Shown piece by piece: positions 39,788 to 51,394 of a DNA stretch of 61,254 nucleotides. This DNA is from Gammaproteobacteria bacterium (GTDB taxonomy: Bacteria; Pseudomonadota; Gammaproteobacteria; Steroidobacterales; UBA11654): NCBI GenBank assembly GCA_029244925.1, contig JAQWQE010000010.1, positions 1 through 61,254 on the forward strand. The letters are read 5' to 3'. Made by a program: the position numbers and the translations under genes. The first letter of the stretch is position 1. The number at the start of each line of letters is the position of its first letter. Under the pieces are notes generated by a model. The model did not search any database. It worked only from the letters and a program-made list of their open reading frames with translations, and was not told where the DNA came from.

Positions 39788-40917
39788 TGAGAGTATTAAT
39801 AACAGGTGGTGCAGGATTTATTGGTTCAAACCTCGCAAAAAGATTACTTAAAGAAAACTGCGAAGTAAGGATTCTTGATAATTTCTCTGAACAAATACAT
39901 GGCACAAATAAGTCATTGGATGAAAGCCTTGAAGGCGTTGAATTAATTGTTGGTGATATCAGAGATAAAGAAGCAGTCTCAGCTTCTTTGGATGGAATAG
40001 ATACGGTTGTGCATTTAGCAGCAGAAACTGGAACAGGCCAATCCATGTATGAAATTGAACATTATGAAAAAACGAATGTTCTAGGTACTTTGAATATTAT
40101 TGAGCATCTTTTACAAAAAGAAAATTCAGTTAAAAAAATAGTCGTTGCATCTTCGAGAGCAATCTATGGTGAAGGTGCCTATTTTTGCAAAAAACATGGT
40201 GAGGTTTTCCCAATAGAGAGACTTGAGATGGATCTAAAAAAGGGAGCATTTGATCTTAGGTGTCCTCACTGTTCAGAATTTTTGGATCCAACAGCAACAA
40301 ATGAAAGTGCATCACCTAATCCTTTAAGTTTTTATGCTCTGACAAAGCAAATACAAGAACAAATGATCATTATGTACTCAAAGATATTAGGAATATCTGG
40401 CTACGCACTAAGATATCAGAATGTTTATGGCCCTGGTCAGTCATTGAGCAATCCATACACTGGGATCATGGCTATATTTTCAACGCTGGCTCGAAAAGAT
40501 CAGAGAATAAAGGTATTCGAAGATGGCAAGGAAAGCAGAGATTTTGTTTATATTGATGATACAGTTAATGCTACTTGGAATTGTATTAGTCCAGAAAGAC
40601 AAGGGGTTGGCATCTTCAATGTGGGAACCGGTATACCGACAAGTATTGTCCAAGTTGCTAATTTAATAGTGAAACATTTAGAAAGCAGCTCTGAGATTGA
40701 GGTAACTGGCCAATATCGAATAGGAGACATAAGACATAACTATGCCGATCTCAGTAAAGCTAAAAAAGATTTAAATTATTCTCCAAATGTAGCAATTGGA
40801 GATGGATTGAAAAAGTTTCTACATTGGGCTACAGAGCAGCCAATTCCAGAATTAGGTTTCAAATCTTCATTGGATGAATTATCAAAAATAGGTTTATTGA
40901 AAAGATCTAGTAGTTAA
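39787..40917 (+). CDS. NAD-dependent epimerase/dehydratase with CxxH/CPxC insertion
   Basis: [41 protein letters not shown]. Confidence 0.88.
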   Translation: MRVLITGGAGFIGSNLAKRLLKENCEVRILDNFSEQIHGTNKSLDESLEGVELIVGDIRDKEAVSASLDGIDTVVHLAAETGTGQSMYEIEHYEKTNVLGTLNIIEHLLQKENSVKKIVVASSRAIYGEGAYFCKKHGEVFPIERLEMDLKKGAFDLRCPHCSEFLDPTATNESASPNPLSFYALTKQIQEQMIIMYSKILGISGYALRYQNVYGPGQSLSNPYTGIMAIFSTLARKDQRIKVFEDGKESRDFVYIDDTVNATWNCISPERQGVGIFNVGTGIPTSIVQVANLIVKHLESSSEIEVTGQYRIGDIRHNYADLSKAKKDLNYSPNVAIGDGLKKFLHWATEQPIPELGFKSSLDELSKIGLLKRSSS

Positions 40918-40939
40918 TGCGAACAACCTTAGAGGTTAT

Positions 40940-41764
40940 ATGAAAAATATAGATAAGAAGACAGTCGAAGATTTTGGTGAAGAGTGGAGTCAATATAATC
41001 AAAATATTTCTGATCGAGAATTAAAGATAGCTTGGAATCAGTATTTTGATATATTTCCATTTGAGGAATTAAACAATGAATCTGAAGGCTTTGATATGGG
41101 CTGTGGAAGTGGCAGATGGGCAAAGTTTGTTGCAAATAGTGTCAAAACACTAAATTGCATTGACCCCAGTGAAAAAGCTTTAAATGTTGCTAAAAGGAAT
41201 CTTGCAAATTTTTCAAACATTAAATACTTTCAGGCTTCGGTTAACGACAATGTGCTGAAAGATAATTCACAAGATTTTGGATATTCTTTAGGAGTGCTGC
41301 ACCATATACCTGATACTCAGAAAGGTATTAATGCTTGCGCCAAGCTTTTGAAAAAAGACGCACCATTTTTACTCTATTGCTACTATAATTTTGAAAATCG
41401 TCCTTATTTTTTCAAACCACTTTGGCAAATGTCTGATCAATTAAGGAAGATATTTTCTCCATTATCATTTAGAAAAAAAGTGGTCATTGCATCGATTATG
41501 TCTTATTTAATTTATTTTCCAATAGCTAGGTTTGCATTAATTTGTGAAAAAATAGGCATGAACGTATCCAATTTTCCACTCGCTGATTATCGTAAAAAAT
41601 CTTTTTACTTCATGAAAACAGACGCATTGGATAGGTTTGGCACAAGATTGGAAAAAAGGTTCAGTAAAGATGAAATACAAACCATGCTTCAAAATGCTGG
41701 ATTTAAGGATATTAGCTTTTCAGAAAGCGAGCCTTTCTGGGTAAGCATTTCTCGAAAGGCCTAA
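40940..41764 (+). CDS. Class I SAM-dependent methyltransferase
   Basis: FG.EW, DMGCGSGRWA, SLGVLHH.PD. Confidence 0.88.
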   Translation: MKNIDKKTVEDFGEEWSQYNQNISDRELKIAWNQYFDIFPFEELNNESEGFDMGCGSGRWAKFVANSVKTLNCIDPSEKALNVAKRNLANFSNIKYFQASVNDNVLKDNSQDFGYSLGVLHHIPDTQKGINACAKLLKKDAPFLLYCYYNFENRPYFFKPLWQMSDQLRKIFSPLSFRKKVVIASIMSYLIYFPIARFALICEKIGMNVSNFPLADYRKKSFYFMKTDALDRFGTRLEKRFSKDEIQTMLQNAGFKDISFSESEPFWVSISRKA

Positions 41765-41813
41765 AAAATAATTTTTTAAAGATTAAGTTCCAATTAAGCT
41801 TATTTTTTCGACA

Positions 41814-42953
41814 ATGAATATAATATTTGCTATCAATGTTCCTTATCCTTTTGGCATGGCTGGAAGTATGAGAATTAGATTGTTTGCCGAGTATCTATCT
41901 AATCAAAAATCCAAAACAAAAGTTTTAATCACAAATCAAGATAATGGTTTAAATGACATAAAGGGAGTTTATAATGGCGTCTACTATAGCTCTCTATTTG
42001 ACAGAAAATTGCCTTATTATATTTTTTTATTTCTTTATCCTTTTTTAGTTTTCAAGAAATTAAGATCAGAAAGAAATATTAAAGGCAATAACTTCTTAGT
42101 CATTTATGGAGATACTGACATTTATACACTCCCGTTCATTATCTCGGCAAAAATATTAGGGTATAAGATTATCTTAGATATCGTAGAAGATAGGGTACTT
42201 ACGCAAGAAAAGTTATCTATTTTGGCTAGGATTAACTTATTTTTTGGTGGAATGATATTTCCTTTAGCTGTCAGGTTAGTTGATGGCATCATTGTTATTT
42301 CAAAATATTTGGAAAAGAAATATAAATCAATAACAAAATTACCTGTACTATTGATTACAGTTTCTGCTGCAAACTTAAATATAAAACCAATTAGCAAAGT
42401 CCAAAAAAAGGAATTCATAGAGATTGCATATTCGGGATCCTTTGGCAGAAAAGATGGAGTGGAATACTTGATTGAAGCGTTCAATCAGATTAAATATAAA
42501 TATGATAATGTCAGGTTAATCCTAATAGGAACGCCGAAAAAAGGCTTCACAAACAAAAACATCAGCAAAGATATAGAAATAACAGGATACTTAAATGATC
42601 ATGACTATCAGGCAAAACTTAGCAATGCCGATATCCTCTGCATGACTAGAATTGACAGCAAATTTGCCCAAGCAGGATTTCCATTTAAACTTGGTGAATA
42701 TTTAGCCACAGCTAAACCTGTTGTAGCTACTGATGTTTCTGATGTCAGTCTATATTTAGATCATTTGCAGGATATTGTCCTAGCTAAGCCATCAGATACT
42801 AAGTCATTGGTGGATTCAATAGAGCTATTAATAAAGTCACCTGAAAAAAGGAAAGTCATTGGAGAAAATGGACGAAAGAAATGTGAAAAATATTTTAATC
42901 CTGAAATTAATAGTAAAATGCTTTTTGATTTCATGAAAACAATTAACTCGTAA
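41814..42953 (+). CDS. GT4 glycosyltransferase
   Basis: [24 protein letters not shown]. Confidence 0.85.
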   Translation: MNIIFAINVPYPFGMAGSMRIRLFAEYLSNQKSKTKVLITNQDNGLNDIKGVYNGVYYSSLFDRKLPYYIFLFLYPFLVFKKLRSERNIKGNNFLVIYGDTDIYTLPFIISAKILGYKIILDIVEDRVLTQEKLSILARINLFFGGMIFPLAVRLVDGIIVISKYLEKKYKSITKLPVLLITVSAANLNIKPISKVQKKEFIEIAYSGSFGRKDGVEYLIEAFNQIKYKYDNVRLILIGTPKKGFTNKNISKDIEITGYLNDHDYQAKLSNADILCMTRIDSKFAQAGFPFKLGEYLATAKPVVATDVSDVSLYLDHLQDIVLAKPSDTKSLVDSIELLIKSPEKRKVIGENGRKKCEKYFNPEINSKMLFDFMKTINS

Positions 42954-42970
42954 ACAAGGATTATAGAGAA

Positions 42971-44035
42971 TTGAAAATTTTAATTACAGGTGGTGCGGGC
43001 TTCATAGGAAGCGCAGTTGTTAGATATCTAATAAAATCAACTCATTGTGAGGTTTTGAATGTCGATAAATTAACTTACGCAGGTAATTTAGACTCTCTAG
43101 CTGATGTTTCTTCATCAGAGAAATATAGATTTGAACAAATTGATATCTGTGACAAGCCTTCACTTAGTAATATTATTGTTGATTACTCTCCAGATCTTAT
43201 AATGCATCTAGCTGCAGAAAGTCATGTTGATAAATCTATAGATAGTCCAGACGTTTTTATTGAAGCTAATATAGTTGGGACATTCAATATTTTAGAGGTT
43301 TCAAGGACTTATTGGGGTTCGCTAAAGCATTCAAAGAAAGATAATTTTAGGTTACATCATATATCCACTGATGAAGTCTTTGGAGATCTTGCTACTACTG
43401 ATGATTTATTTACAGAAGAGACAGCTTATGAACCAAGTTCACCTTACTCTGCAAGTAAAGCTAGCTCTGATCATTTAGTAAGAGCTTGGTATCGTACCTA
43501 TAATCTTCCTACAATTATAACTAATTGTTCGAATAACTATGGACCTTACCATTTTCCAGAAAAGCTAATTCCTCACATTATTCTTAATGCTCTAAAAGGA
43601 AGACCACTTCCAGTTTATGGCGATGGCTCTCAGGTTAGAGATTGGCTATATGTTGAGGATCATGCTAAGGCATTGTACGAAGTTATTACAAGAGGCCATG
43701 TAGGAGAAACTTATAATATTGGAGGGAATAACGAGAAAAAAAATATAGAGGTAGTAGAGTCTATTTGTAATTTATTGGATGAGTTAGCTCCTTCAAAGCC
43801 AGGGAATATTAAGAGTTACAATGAATTAATAACATTTGTTGAGGATCGTCCTGGCCATGATCAAAGATATGCTATCGATACTACAAAAATAAAAAATGAA
43901 CTAGGTTGGGAGCCAGATGTCAATTTTGAAGAAGGACTTAGAGAAACAGTTAAATGGTATTTAGATAATAAAGCATGGTGGGAAAGAGTGCTTTCTGGAG
44001 ATTACGCACTTGATAGACTAGGTTTAGACGATTAA
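42971..44035 (+). CDS. rmlB: dTDP-glucose 4,6-dehydratase
   Basis: [52 protein letters not shown]. Confidence 0.96.
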   Translation: MKILITGGAGFIGSAVVRYLIKSTHCEVLNVDKLTYAGNLDSLADVSSSEKYRFEQIDICDKPSLSNIIVDYSPDLIMHLAAESHVDKSIDSPDVFIEANIVGTFNILEVSRTYWGSLKHSKKDNFRLHHISTDEVFGDLATTDDLFTEETAYEPSSPYSASKASSDHLVRAWYRTYNLPTIITNCSNNYGPYHFPEKLIPHIILNALKGRPLPVYGDGSQVRDWLYVEDHAKALYEVITRGHVGETYNIGGNNEKKNIEVVESICNLLDELAPSKPGNIKSYNELITFVEDRPGHDQRYAIDTTKIKNELGWEPDVNFEEGLRETVKWYLDNKAWWERVLSGDYALDRLGLDD

Positions 44036-44089
44036 AACTTATAGTTTCATGAGCAATTAAATTTATTAGGAACACATTAGGATATTAAT

Positions 44090-44890
44090 ATGAATTGGGA
44101 AAAACCAAAAATTAGGATTCCAGAGCATAAGAATGAGAGTGATTTAGAGAATTATTTTCATGATCAAGACTTAGGATTTATTGTCGATATTGCAAACAAA
44201 GGTTATGTGCCATCAGTAAATGAAATTCAAATAGATGAACCATATCGTCCAGAGTTGCTTGATTTATATAGATTACATCGTTTTATTATTTTAAATAAAC
44301 GTTTAACCGTTCTAGAATTTGGGTGTGGCTGGTCTTCATTAATTATGGCTGATGCATTAACAAAAAATAGATCCAAATATACAACTGAAGTAGAAACCCT
44401 AAGAAAAACTAATCTTTTTGAAATACATGCAGTAGACAATGAGCAAAAGTTTATAAATATTGCACAATCTAGATTAGAAGAAAATGGCATGGACAATTAT
44501 TCTTTTATTTGTTCCTTGGTAGCTATGACAGAGCATAATGGGAAGATATGTACAAGATATGAAGAGATACCTTTTGTAAATCCAGATTTTATATATTTAG
44601 ATGCTCCCGATCAATTTAATCACATTGAGGGTGAAATATCTGGACTGAGCACTGCACACAACGATTTTATGCCCATGTCGATGGATTTATTACTCATTGA
44701 ACATTTTCTTACACCGGGGACTATTATAGTTGCTGATGGAAGGACAGCTAATGTTAGATTTTTACTGTCTAATTTCCAGAGGAATTGGAATCATTCACAT
44801 GATATGGAAGTAGATCAGCACATCATGTTTCTTGAAGAAGAACCACTTGGCACATACAACAACAATCAATTAATATTTTATAATCAATAA
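44090..44890 (+). CDS. Hypothetical SAM-methyltransferase-fold protein inside the rml cluster
   Basis: VLEFGCGWSS motif I, DFIYLDAP, PGTIIVADGR. Confidence 0.65.
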   Translation: MNWEKPKIRIPEHKNESDLENYFHDQDLGFIVDIANKGYVPSVNEIQIDEPYRPELLDLYRLHRFIILNKRLTVLEFGCGWSSLIMADALTKNRSKYTTEVETLRKTNLFEIHAVDNEQKFINIAQSRLEENGMDNYSFICSLVAMTEHNGKICTRYEEIPFVNPDFIYLDAPDQFNHIEGEISGLSTAHNDFMPMSMDLLLIEHFLTPGTIIVADGRTANVRFLLSNFQRNWNHSHDMEVDQHIMFLEEEPLGTYNNNQLIFYNQ

Positions 44891-44903
44891 ATTTTTATAA
44901 GTT

Positions 44904-45779
44904 ATGAGTGATTACAAAGGCATTGTTCTAGCAGGTGGATCTGGGACTAGGTTGCACCCTATTACTAAAGGGGTCTCAAAGCAATTATTGCCCATTTACG
45001 ATAAGCCAATGATTTACTATCCGCTTTCCGTATTAATGTTATCAGGCATTAGAGATATTCTTATAATTTCTACACCAACTGATCTACCGCATTACAAAAG
45101 ATTATTAGGAGATGGGAAACAATTTGGTATTTCCTTAAGTTATGATGAGCAACCAAAACCAGAAGGTTTAGCTCAGGCATTTTTAATCGGAAAGCAATTT
45201 ATTGGCAAGAGCAATGTGGCACTTATTCTAGGAGATAATATTTTCTTTGGACAACATTTTTCTGAAAAATTATCTGAAGCTGCCACTATAAAGAATGGGG
45301 CTACTATTTTTGGATATCATGTTCAGAATCCAGAAAGTTTTGGTGTTCTTGAACTAGATAAATCAGGAAAAGTTATCGGTGTTGAAGAGAAACCAAAAAA
45401 ACCAAAATCTAATTACGCTGTTACAGGTCTTTATTTCTATGACAATGATGTTGTCGAAATAGCAGAATCAATAAAACCATCTGCTAGAGGAGAGTTAGAG
45501 ATTACAGATGTTAATTCTGTATATATAGACAATGGCAGAATTAATCTTTGTCTTTTGGGAAGAGGCTTTACATGGTTGGATACAGGAACTCATGACTCCC
45601 TTCTTGAAGCTAGTAAATTTGTGCAAACAGTAGAAATAAGACAGGGTTTAAAAATAGCATGCCTTGAAGAAATAGCTTTTAATCAAGGTTGGATAACAAA
45701 AGAGGAATTATCACAGCAAGCCCAACTTTTAAGTAAAACTGGATATGGGAAATATCTTTTAAGTACTTTACAAAATTAG
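44904..45779 (+). CDS. rmlA: Glucose-1-phosphate thymidylyltransferase
   Basis: [45 protein letters not shown]. Confidence 0.97.
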   Translation: MSDYKGIVLAGGSGTRLHPITKGVSKQLLPIYDKPMIYYPLSVLMLSGIRDILIISTPTDLPHYKRLLGDGKQFGISLSYDEQPKPEGLAQAFLIGKQFIGKSNVALILGDNIFFGQHFSEKLSEAATIKNGATIFGYHVQNPESFGVLELDKSGKVIGVEEKPKKPKSNYAVTGLYFYDNDVVEIAESIKPSARGELEITDVNSVYIDNGRINLCLLGRGFTWLDTGTHDSLLEASKFVQTVEIRQGLKIACLEEIAFNQGWITKEELSQQAQLLSKTGYGKYLLSTLQN

Positions 45780-45781
45780 AT

Positions 45782-46321
45782 ATGAAAGTCACTAGGTCAA
45801 AGTTGTCTAGGTGTTTAATTATAGAACCAGAAATATTCTATGATGACAGAGGGTTTTTCCAAGAAACGTTTTCTGAAAGCCAATATGCCTCAATAGGAAT
45901 TGATTTACCTTTTGTGCAAGACAATCACTCGAGATCTAAAAAAGGAGTTTTAAGGGGTTTACATTATCAGAAGAATAAACCTCAGGGGAAGCTTGTTAGG
46001 GTTGCAAGAGGAAGTGTCTATGATGTCGCAGTTGATATTAGACCTAATTCTCCCACATATGGTGAATGGGAGGGCGTCGAATTAAGCGACGAAAACAAAT
46101 GCCAACTTTGGATTCCACCTGGTTTTGCCCATGGCTTTGTTGTTTTATCGGACATTGTAGATTTTGAATATAAGTGTACTGATTATTATGATCCTAAAGA
46201 TAACGGCATTATTCACTGGAATGATCCTGATTTAGGAATTACATGGCCTGAAAATATACAAATAACTACCTCAGAAAGAGATGCCAATGCTCCGTCTTTC
46301 AAGTCTTTGAAAGCCTTATGA
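45782..46321 (+). CDS. rmlC: dTDP-4-dehydrorhamnose 3,5-epimerase
   Basis: DDRGFF, QDNHSRS..GVLRGLH, GFAHGF. Confidence 0.96.
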   Translation: MKVTRSKLSRCLIIEPEIFYDDRGFFQETFSESQYASIGIDLPFVQDNHSRSKKGVLRGLHYQKNKPQGKLVRVARGSVYDVAVDIRPNSPTYGEWEGVELSDENKCQLWIPPGFAHGFVVLSDIVDFEYKCTDYYDPKDNGIIHWNDPDLGITWPENIQITTSERDANAPSFKSLKAL

Positions 46322-47199
46322 CAATTTTAGTTTCTGGCAAAAATGGCCAATTAGGCCATTGTCTTATCGATAGATTGAATTCTTCTAATTTAGATTACAT
46401 ATCTTTAGATAAAAAAGAGATGGATATAACAAAATATGACGAAACCGAGAGAATTATTAGAGAAATCAAGCCAAGAGTGATAATTAATACAGCAGCATAC
46501 ACAGATGTTGAAAAATCTGAGATTGATAAAAAGGATGCAATCTTAGTTAATGAGTTAGGTCCTGAAAATCTTTCTAAGATTTGTAAAAAAATTGATACAC
46601 CACTTATACATATATCAACTGATTATGTTTTTGATGGCAGAACTGCGATACCTTATAAACCCGAGGATGACATTAACCCAAAATCGTTTTATGGTATGAG
46701 TAAGTTGGCTGGCGAGCAACGAATTCAAGAGAACTGCGATTCTTACATGATTATAAGGACATCATGGCTTTTTAGCGAATATGGTAATAATTTTCTTAAA
46801 ACGATGCTTAAAATTAGTAAGCAAAAGAAAACTATTGACGTTATATACGATCAAATAGGTTGCCCTACCTATGCAGGACATTTAGCTGACGCAATACTTA
46901 AGCCAATAAAAAAAATATCAGAGAATAATTTTGATAGCGGAATATATCACTATGCAGGAGATCAAGAATGTTCTTGGTTTGAATTTACAAATGAAATATT
47001 CTCTGCAGCAAAAAATCTTGGATATATAGAAACAATTCCAAATCTCAATAAGATTTTGGCTAAAGATTATCAAGCAAAGGCTAAAAGACCTAATTATTCA
47101 GTCTTAGATTCTTCTAAGTTTTGTAAAGCTTTTGGGGTAAGCCCATCCAATTGGAAGGAATCTTTACCAGATGTAATTAAGAGTGCTGTGTTAGCTTAA
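46318..47199 (+). CDS. rmlD: dTDP-4-dehydrorhamnose reductase
   Basis: G.NGQLG, AAYT.V, HISTDYVFDG, YG.SKL.GE, RP.YSVLD. Confidence 0.95.
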   Translation: MTILVSGKNGQLGHCLIDRLNSSNLDYISLDKKEMDITKYDETERIIREIKPRVIINTAAYTDVEKSEIDKKDAILVNELGPENLSKICKKIDTPLIHISTDYVFDGRTAIPYKPEDDINPKSFYGMSKLAGEQRIQENCDSYMIIRTSWLFSEYGNNFLKTMLKISKQKKTIDVIYDQIGCPTYAGHLADAILKPIKKISENNFDSGIYHYAGDQECSWFEFTNEIFSAAKNLGYIETIPNLNKILAKDYQAKAKRPNYSVLDSSKFCKAFGVSPSNWKESLPDVIKSAVLA

Positions 47200-47327
47200 T
47201 TTTTTTTCAATAAGAAAAATTATGATCAGAAGAAAATTATTTGATGAGGTTAATAATCTATAATGATCAAAAAAACCTAGTACAGTGAATCTTAATAAGG
47301 CATTGATTGATATAAGGATATAGATGA

Positions 47328-48311
47328 ATGAATAACAATAAGATATCTTTAATAATCCCGCATTCAGATTCAGAACGAGAGCTGTCTGAACTGCTTAGTA
47401 ATATCAAGTTATGGACTCTTTATCCTAATGAGATATTTTTAATTGATTCTTCAAAATCTAAATTAAAGATTTCTGAAGAATTCTCTAAATTTTGTGATGA
47501 CAACAATATCACATTGAAAATTACATTTGGTGATGACTTATTCCCTGGTGCTGCTAGGAATATTGGAGTTTTTTCAACAGAAAACAATATTCTTGCTTTT
47601 CTAGATGTTAGAACAATTCCTTCAAATGAATGGCTAAGATCTGGCTTTGAGATATTAAAAGAACAAGAATCTGAAGGAGTATGGGGTTATACATACTATG
47701 AGGCAAAAACTCATACAGAGAAAATTATTAGAGCATCTTCATACGGAAAAAAATCCATAAGGACTCTTCCAGGATCAATTTTTCATAAAGATGTTTTTCT
47801 GAAATGTGGCTTATTTGTTGAATCAGTTAGAGGAGGTGAAGATGGAGATTGGATGAGTAGAGTAAATCTTCATCGTTTAAATATTTCAAAACCAAAAGAG
47901 AGAATAATCTATCGTGGATTATCAAATGCATCATACTTTTCTATAATAAAAAAGTGGCACAGGAATTATCTAAGCGCATCTATCTTGCCTTCAATGAGGG
48001 CCCATGTAGATTTATATTTCTATGTAATATCAGCATTTATTGTCATTGCCGCGTTTAATTGGAATTGGATCATGGCGACTTGGGATCCTGCGAGTGTTTT
48101 TTATATTCCCAATATTACAAAGATAAGTATTGGATCAATATTTATTATTTATTTTTCTTATAGGGGGATATTTTTACCCCTAAAGAAGGGTGAGAGTCTT
48201 AAATTTCTATTCCCAATTAATTTTTTTATTATTTTTTGTTTATCTTGGGTTTTAGATATGGATAAACTTCTAGCATTTTCTCAATATAAGATTAAAGAAT
48301 GGATAAATTAG
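47328..48311 (+). CDS. GT2 glycosyltransferase with C-terminal TM helices
   Basis: ISLIIP, PGAARNIG, LAFLD, GED. Confidence 0.75.
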   Translation: MNNNKISLIIPHSDSERELSELLSNIKLWTLYPNEIFLIDSSKSKLKISEEFSKFCDDNNITLKITFGDDLFPGAARNIGVFSTENNILAFLDVRTIPSNEWLRSGFEILKEQESEGVWGYTYYEAKTHTEKIIRASSYGKKSIRTLPGSIFHKDVFLKCGLFVESVRGGEDGDWMSRVNLHRLNISKPKERIIYRGLSNASYFSIIKKWHRNYLSASILPSMRAHVDLYFYVISAFIVIAAFNWNWIMATWDPASVFYIPNITKISIGSIFIIYFSYRGIFLPLKKGESLKFLFPINFFIIFCLSWVLDMDKLLAFSQYKIKEWIN

Positions 48312-48350
48312 TATAAAAATTTTTAGATGAGCAAATTAAAAATAATATTT

Positions 48351-49490
48351 CTATGAATTTATTAAGTCTAGATATTGAGTTAAAATCTTCTCAATTTTAA
48401 ATCTTTCTTCAACGATTGCTCTTGATCGATGACTAAAATACTCGAGTTTTTCTTTATTATTGATAATTTTTTCTACAGCTACAATAATAGAGCTCTCTGA
48501 CTTAGGTTCAATTAAATAACCGTTTTTATTATTTTCTATAATTGACTTACAGCCTGGGACATTAGACATAATTAATGGCATTCCTGTTGCAGCAGCCTCT
48601 AACGCAACAGACGGTAGCCCCTCTCTATATGAGGGAAGTATAAATACATCATACTCTTTGAATAAAGCTGGCATTTCATTATTTTGAATGAAGCCTAGAT
48701 AATTCATTTCTTTGCATTCTTTCATAGCATTAAATTCAGATCTTTCAATTGATAGTTTATTAGTCGGATCAAATTCACCAGCAATATAGAATGACGTTTC
48801 CGGATATCTCTTTTTTAAAACTTTTGATGCGTTTATAAATTCAAGAATACCTTTTTCTTTTTGAAGTTTTGATGCAAATAAAAATTTTATTTCTTGGTTT
48901 AGATTTTTTATAAATCTTTCATGGAAGCTAAATTTATTAGTATCAATGCCATTACCTTCAATAATGGATGACTTTATTTGATTATTCATAATCAAAAGCT
49001 TTAGATCTGTTCGATCATCGATATTTTGAAAGACAAATTTATTTTTTGGACTCAGTAAGAATCGAAATACTATCTTGTATAGAAATTTTTTAAGCTTTCC
49101 TTTCAAGGAATTTGCATTAGAAAATGATCCTAGCCCAGTGACAAGAAAAAAATTATTTTTTGTATCAATATATCTAGATAGTATTGCACCAATGAAACAA
49201 TTTTCTAAAGAAACAAAAAATATATAATCAGGATCAACTCTGTCGATTTTATTTTTTAATTGCTGAATAAAAGTAAAAAATTTTAGAGGATTAATTGTGG
49301 GTGTCCTTTTAGAGGAATGGGTGAACTTGATATTTGAGTTAGTCCCAATATCTGTTTTTAGACCTCTCAAATCAGAGAGGTCAGTAATTATCTCAATATC
49401 GTAATAACTAGATAATAAATTAATTAAATGATATCGATGCGATTTAAAAAAAGCATATTCATTAATAATAAATGCTAGTTTAGATCTCAT
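48351..49490 (-). CDS. GT4 glycosyltransferase
   Basis: FFKSHR, FQN.DD, GNGID, KGILEF, LPSYREGLP..ALEA. Confidence 0.88.
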   Translation of the reverse strand: MRSKLAFIINEYAFFKSHRYHLINLLSSYYDIEIITDLSDLRGLKTDIGTNSNIKFTHSSKRTPTINPLKFFTFIQQLKNKIDRVDPDYIFFVSLENCFIGAILSRYIDTKNNFFLVTGLGSFSNANSLKGKLKKFLYKIVFRFLLSPKNKFVFQNIDDRTDLKLLIMNNQIKSSIIEGNGIDTNKFSFHERFIKNLNQEIKFLFASKLQKEKGILEFINASKVLKKRYPETSFYIAGEFDPTNKLSIERSEFNAMKECKEMNYLGFIQNNEMPALFKEYDVFILPSYREGLPSVALEAAATGMPLIMSNVPGCKSIIENNKNGYLIEPKSESSIIVAVEKIINNKEKLEYFSHRSRAIVEERFKIEKILTQYLDLINS

Positions 49491-51385
49491 AGAGTTGATT
49501 TGAGAGTATTATCAATATTTATATGTTTTTCATGCCAGCAAATAAATTGGACTAAGGAAAAAAGCTTTTCTCCATTATGAGCACCCTTTTTTTGTTCAGC
49601 TAGCATATTGAGAGCATATTCTTTATTTATCTCAATATCCTCAAAGGATGAAATTTTATCGTGAAAATAATCATGCCAATGACCCTTAATTAATAGATTA
49701 TTAATTGGTATAGAGAAACCCTGTTTTCTCTGTAAGTCAAATTCGGAGGGCAAGATTTTTTTTGCAAGAGCTTTTAATAAAATTTTCTTTTTTTGCCCAT
49801 GAACCTTAAGTTTTGATGGGACTTCTGTAAACGCAAAATTAATAATCCTACTATCTAGGAATGGAGATCTTATTTCTAGTGAATGCGCCATGCTAGCACG
49901 ATCAATTTTTACTAAGATATCTTCAGACATAAAATTTTGGAAATCATGAGCTGTCATTCTCGTCACAAAATCATTTTCTGAAATATCTTTCTCATTTTTT
50001 AGAAAATCTATATTTTTTAGAAATCTAGATTGGTTCATAAGCAAATGATTTCTCTGATCTAAATCAAACATTAAAGATGTGGAGAAATCTAAGTTATTCA
50101 AATCCTGCCCAAATAACTCGATTGTTTTTCTACCTCTTAAATTAAGAGGTAATATTTTTAATATATTTTTTGTAGCATATTTCCTAATAGTGAATGGTAT
50201 AAATTTACTCAAATTGTTTAATAGAAGTATTCTGCTGTAATGATTATAACCACCAAAAAGCTCATCTCCGCCATCTCCTCCAATGGCCACTTTGCAAAAA
50301 TTACTCATTTCTTTGCAAAGAATATATGTTGGAATCATTGAAGAATCAGTCATTGGCTCATCAAAGAAGTATACTAGTTTCTCTATGATTTCTGGCTCTA
50401 TAGAGTTTGCCTCTAATTCGTGATGGTTAGTATTAAAATTTTTTGAAATTAATTTTGCATATTTCTGTTCATTAAAAATTTTATTATCAGGAAAGATGAC
50501 TGTATAAGTATCAAGGTTTTTTTTAAATCTAGAGGCAATTGCTACCATAAGGCTTGAATCTACTCCTCCACTTAACATCATGCCTAGCGGAGCATCTGAA
50601 ATTAATCTTTGCCTGACTGATGCTTCCAACAATTGTTCTAATTTATTGGTTAGTACTATTTCTGAGGAATTCTTTTGGGATTCTAATTTCCTGGTAATAA
50701 GTTTATTAAGATCCCAAAATTTATCTTTTTTTAATTTACCTGTTTCAGTATTGAAAATTAGATACTCTCCAGGAATCAATTTATTAATATTTAAATATAT
50801 TGATTCTTCTCTTGGTATATATCCATTTCCAAGATAGTGATTGAAGGCATTTATATTCATTTCTTTTGAGTCTTCAATCGATTCAACAAGTGGTTTTAGT
50901 TCACTCGCATAAGCTATCAAACCTTCTTTTGTATAGTAATATAAAGGCTTTTCTCCTGCTCTATCTCTTGCCAGAATAAGCTTCTTATTTTTTTTATCTA
51001 TAAGAGCAAATGCAAACATGCCTTCAAGTCTCTGTAAGCAGTTCTCTCCCCATTCAATATATGAATTCAACAAAACTTCTGTATCAGATCTTGACTTAAA
51101 TTCATGACCAAGATTAATCAATTCCTTTTTGAGCTCTAGATGATTATATATTTCTCCATTGAAAACTATTCCGAATTCCTCAGAAGAGCTAAACATTGGT
51201 TGATTACCAGATGCACTCAAGTCTATTATTGAAAGCCTAGTAAAGCCCATGAAATGTTTTTCATCAGCACTTAGCCAGTAATCATTATGATCTGGCCCTC
51301 TATGATTAAGTAGCTTTATGTTCTTACGAAATCTTTCAGTATTGAAAGATACCTTTTGAGATGAGAAGCCAAGTATTCCACACAT
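49487..51385 (-). CDS. asnB: Second glutamine-hydrolysing AsnB-like amidotransferase
   Basis: MCG, HRGPD, FNGEIYN, LSGGVDSS, GDGGDELFGGY, K.DRASMA.SLE.RSPFLD. Confidence 0.9.
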   Translation of the reverse strand: MCGILGFSSQKVSFNTERFRKNIKLLNHRGPDHNDYWLSADEKHFMGFTRLSIIDLSASGNQPMFSSSEEFGIVFNGEIYNHLELKKELINLGHEFKSRSDTEVLLNSYIEWGENCLQRLEGMFAFALIDKKNKKLILARDRAGEKPLYYYTKEGLIAYASELKPLVESIEDSKEMNINAFNHYLGNGYIPREESIYLNINKLIPGEYLIFNTETGKLKKDKFWDLNKLITRKLESQKNSSEIVLTNKLEQLLEASVRQRLISDAPLGMMLSGGVDSSLMVAIASRFKKNLDTYTVIFPDNKIFNEQKYAKLISKNFNTNHHELEANSIEPEIIEKLVYFFDEPMTDSSMIPTYILCKEMSNFCKVAIGGDGGDELFGGYNHYSRILLLNNLSKFIPFTIRKYATKNILKILPLNLRGRKTIELFGQDLNNLDFSTSLMFDLDQRNHLLMNQSRFLKNIDFLKNEKDISENDFVTRMTAHDFQNFMSEDILVKIDRASMAHSLEIRSPFLDSRIINFAFTEVPSKLKVHGQKKKILLKALAKKILPSEFDLQRKQGFSIPINNLLIKGHWHDYFHDKISSFEDIEINKEYALNMLAEQKKGAHNGEKLFSLVQFICWHEKHINIDNTLKSTL

Positions 51386-51394
51386 TACATTTTT

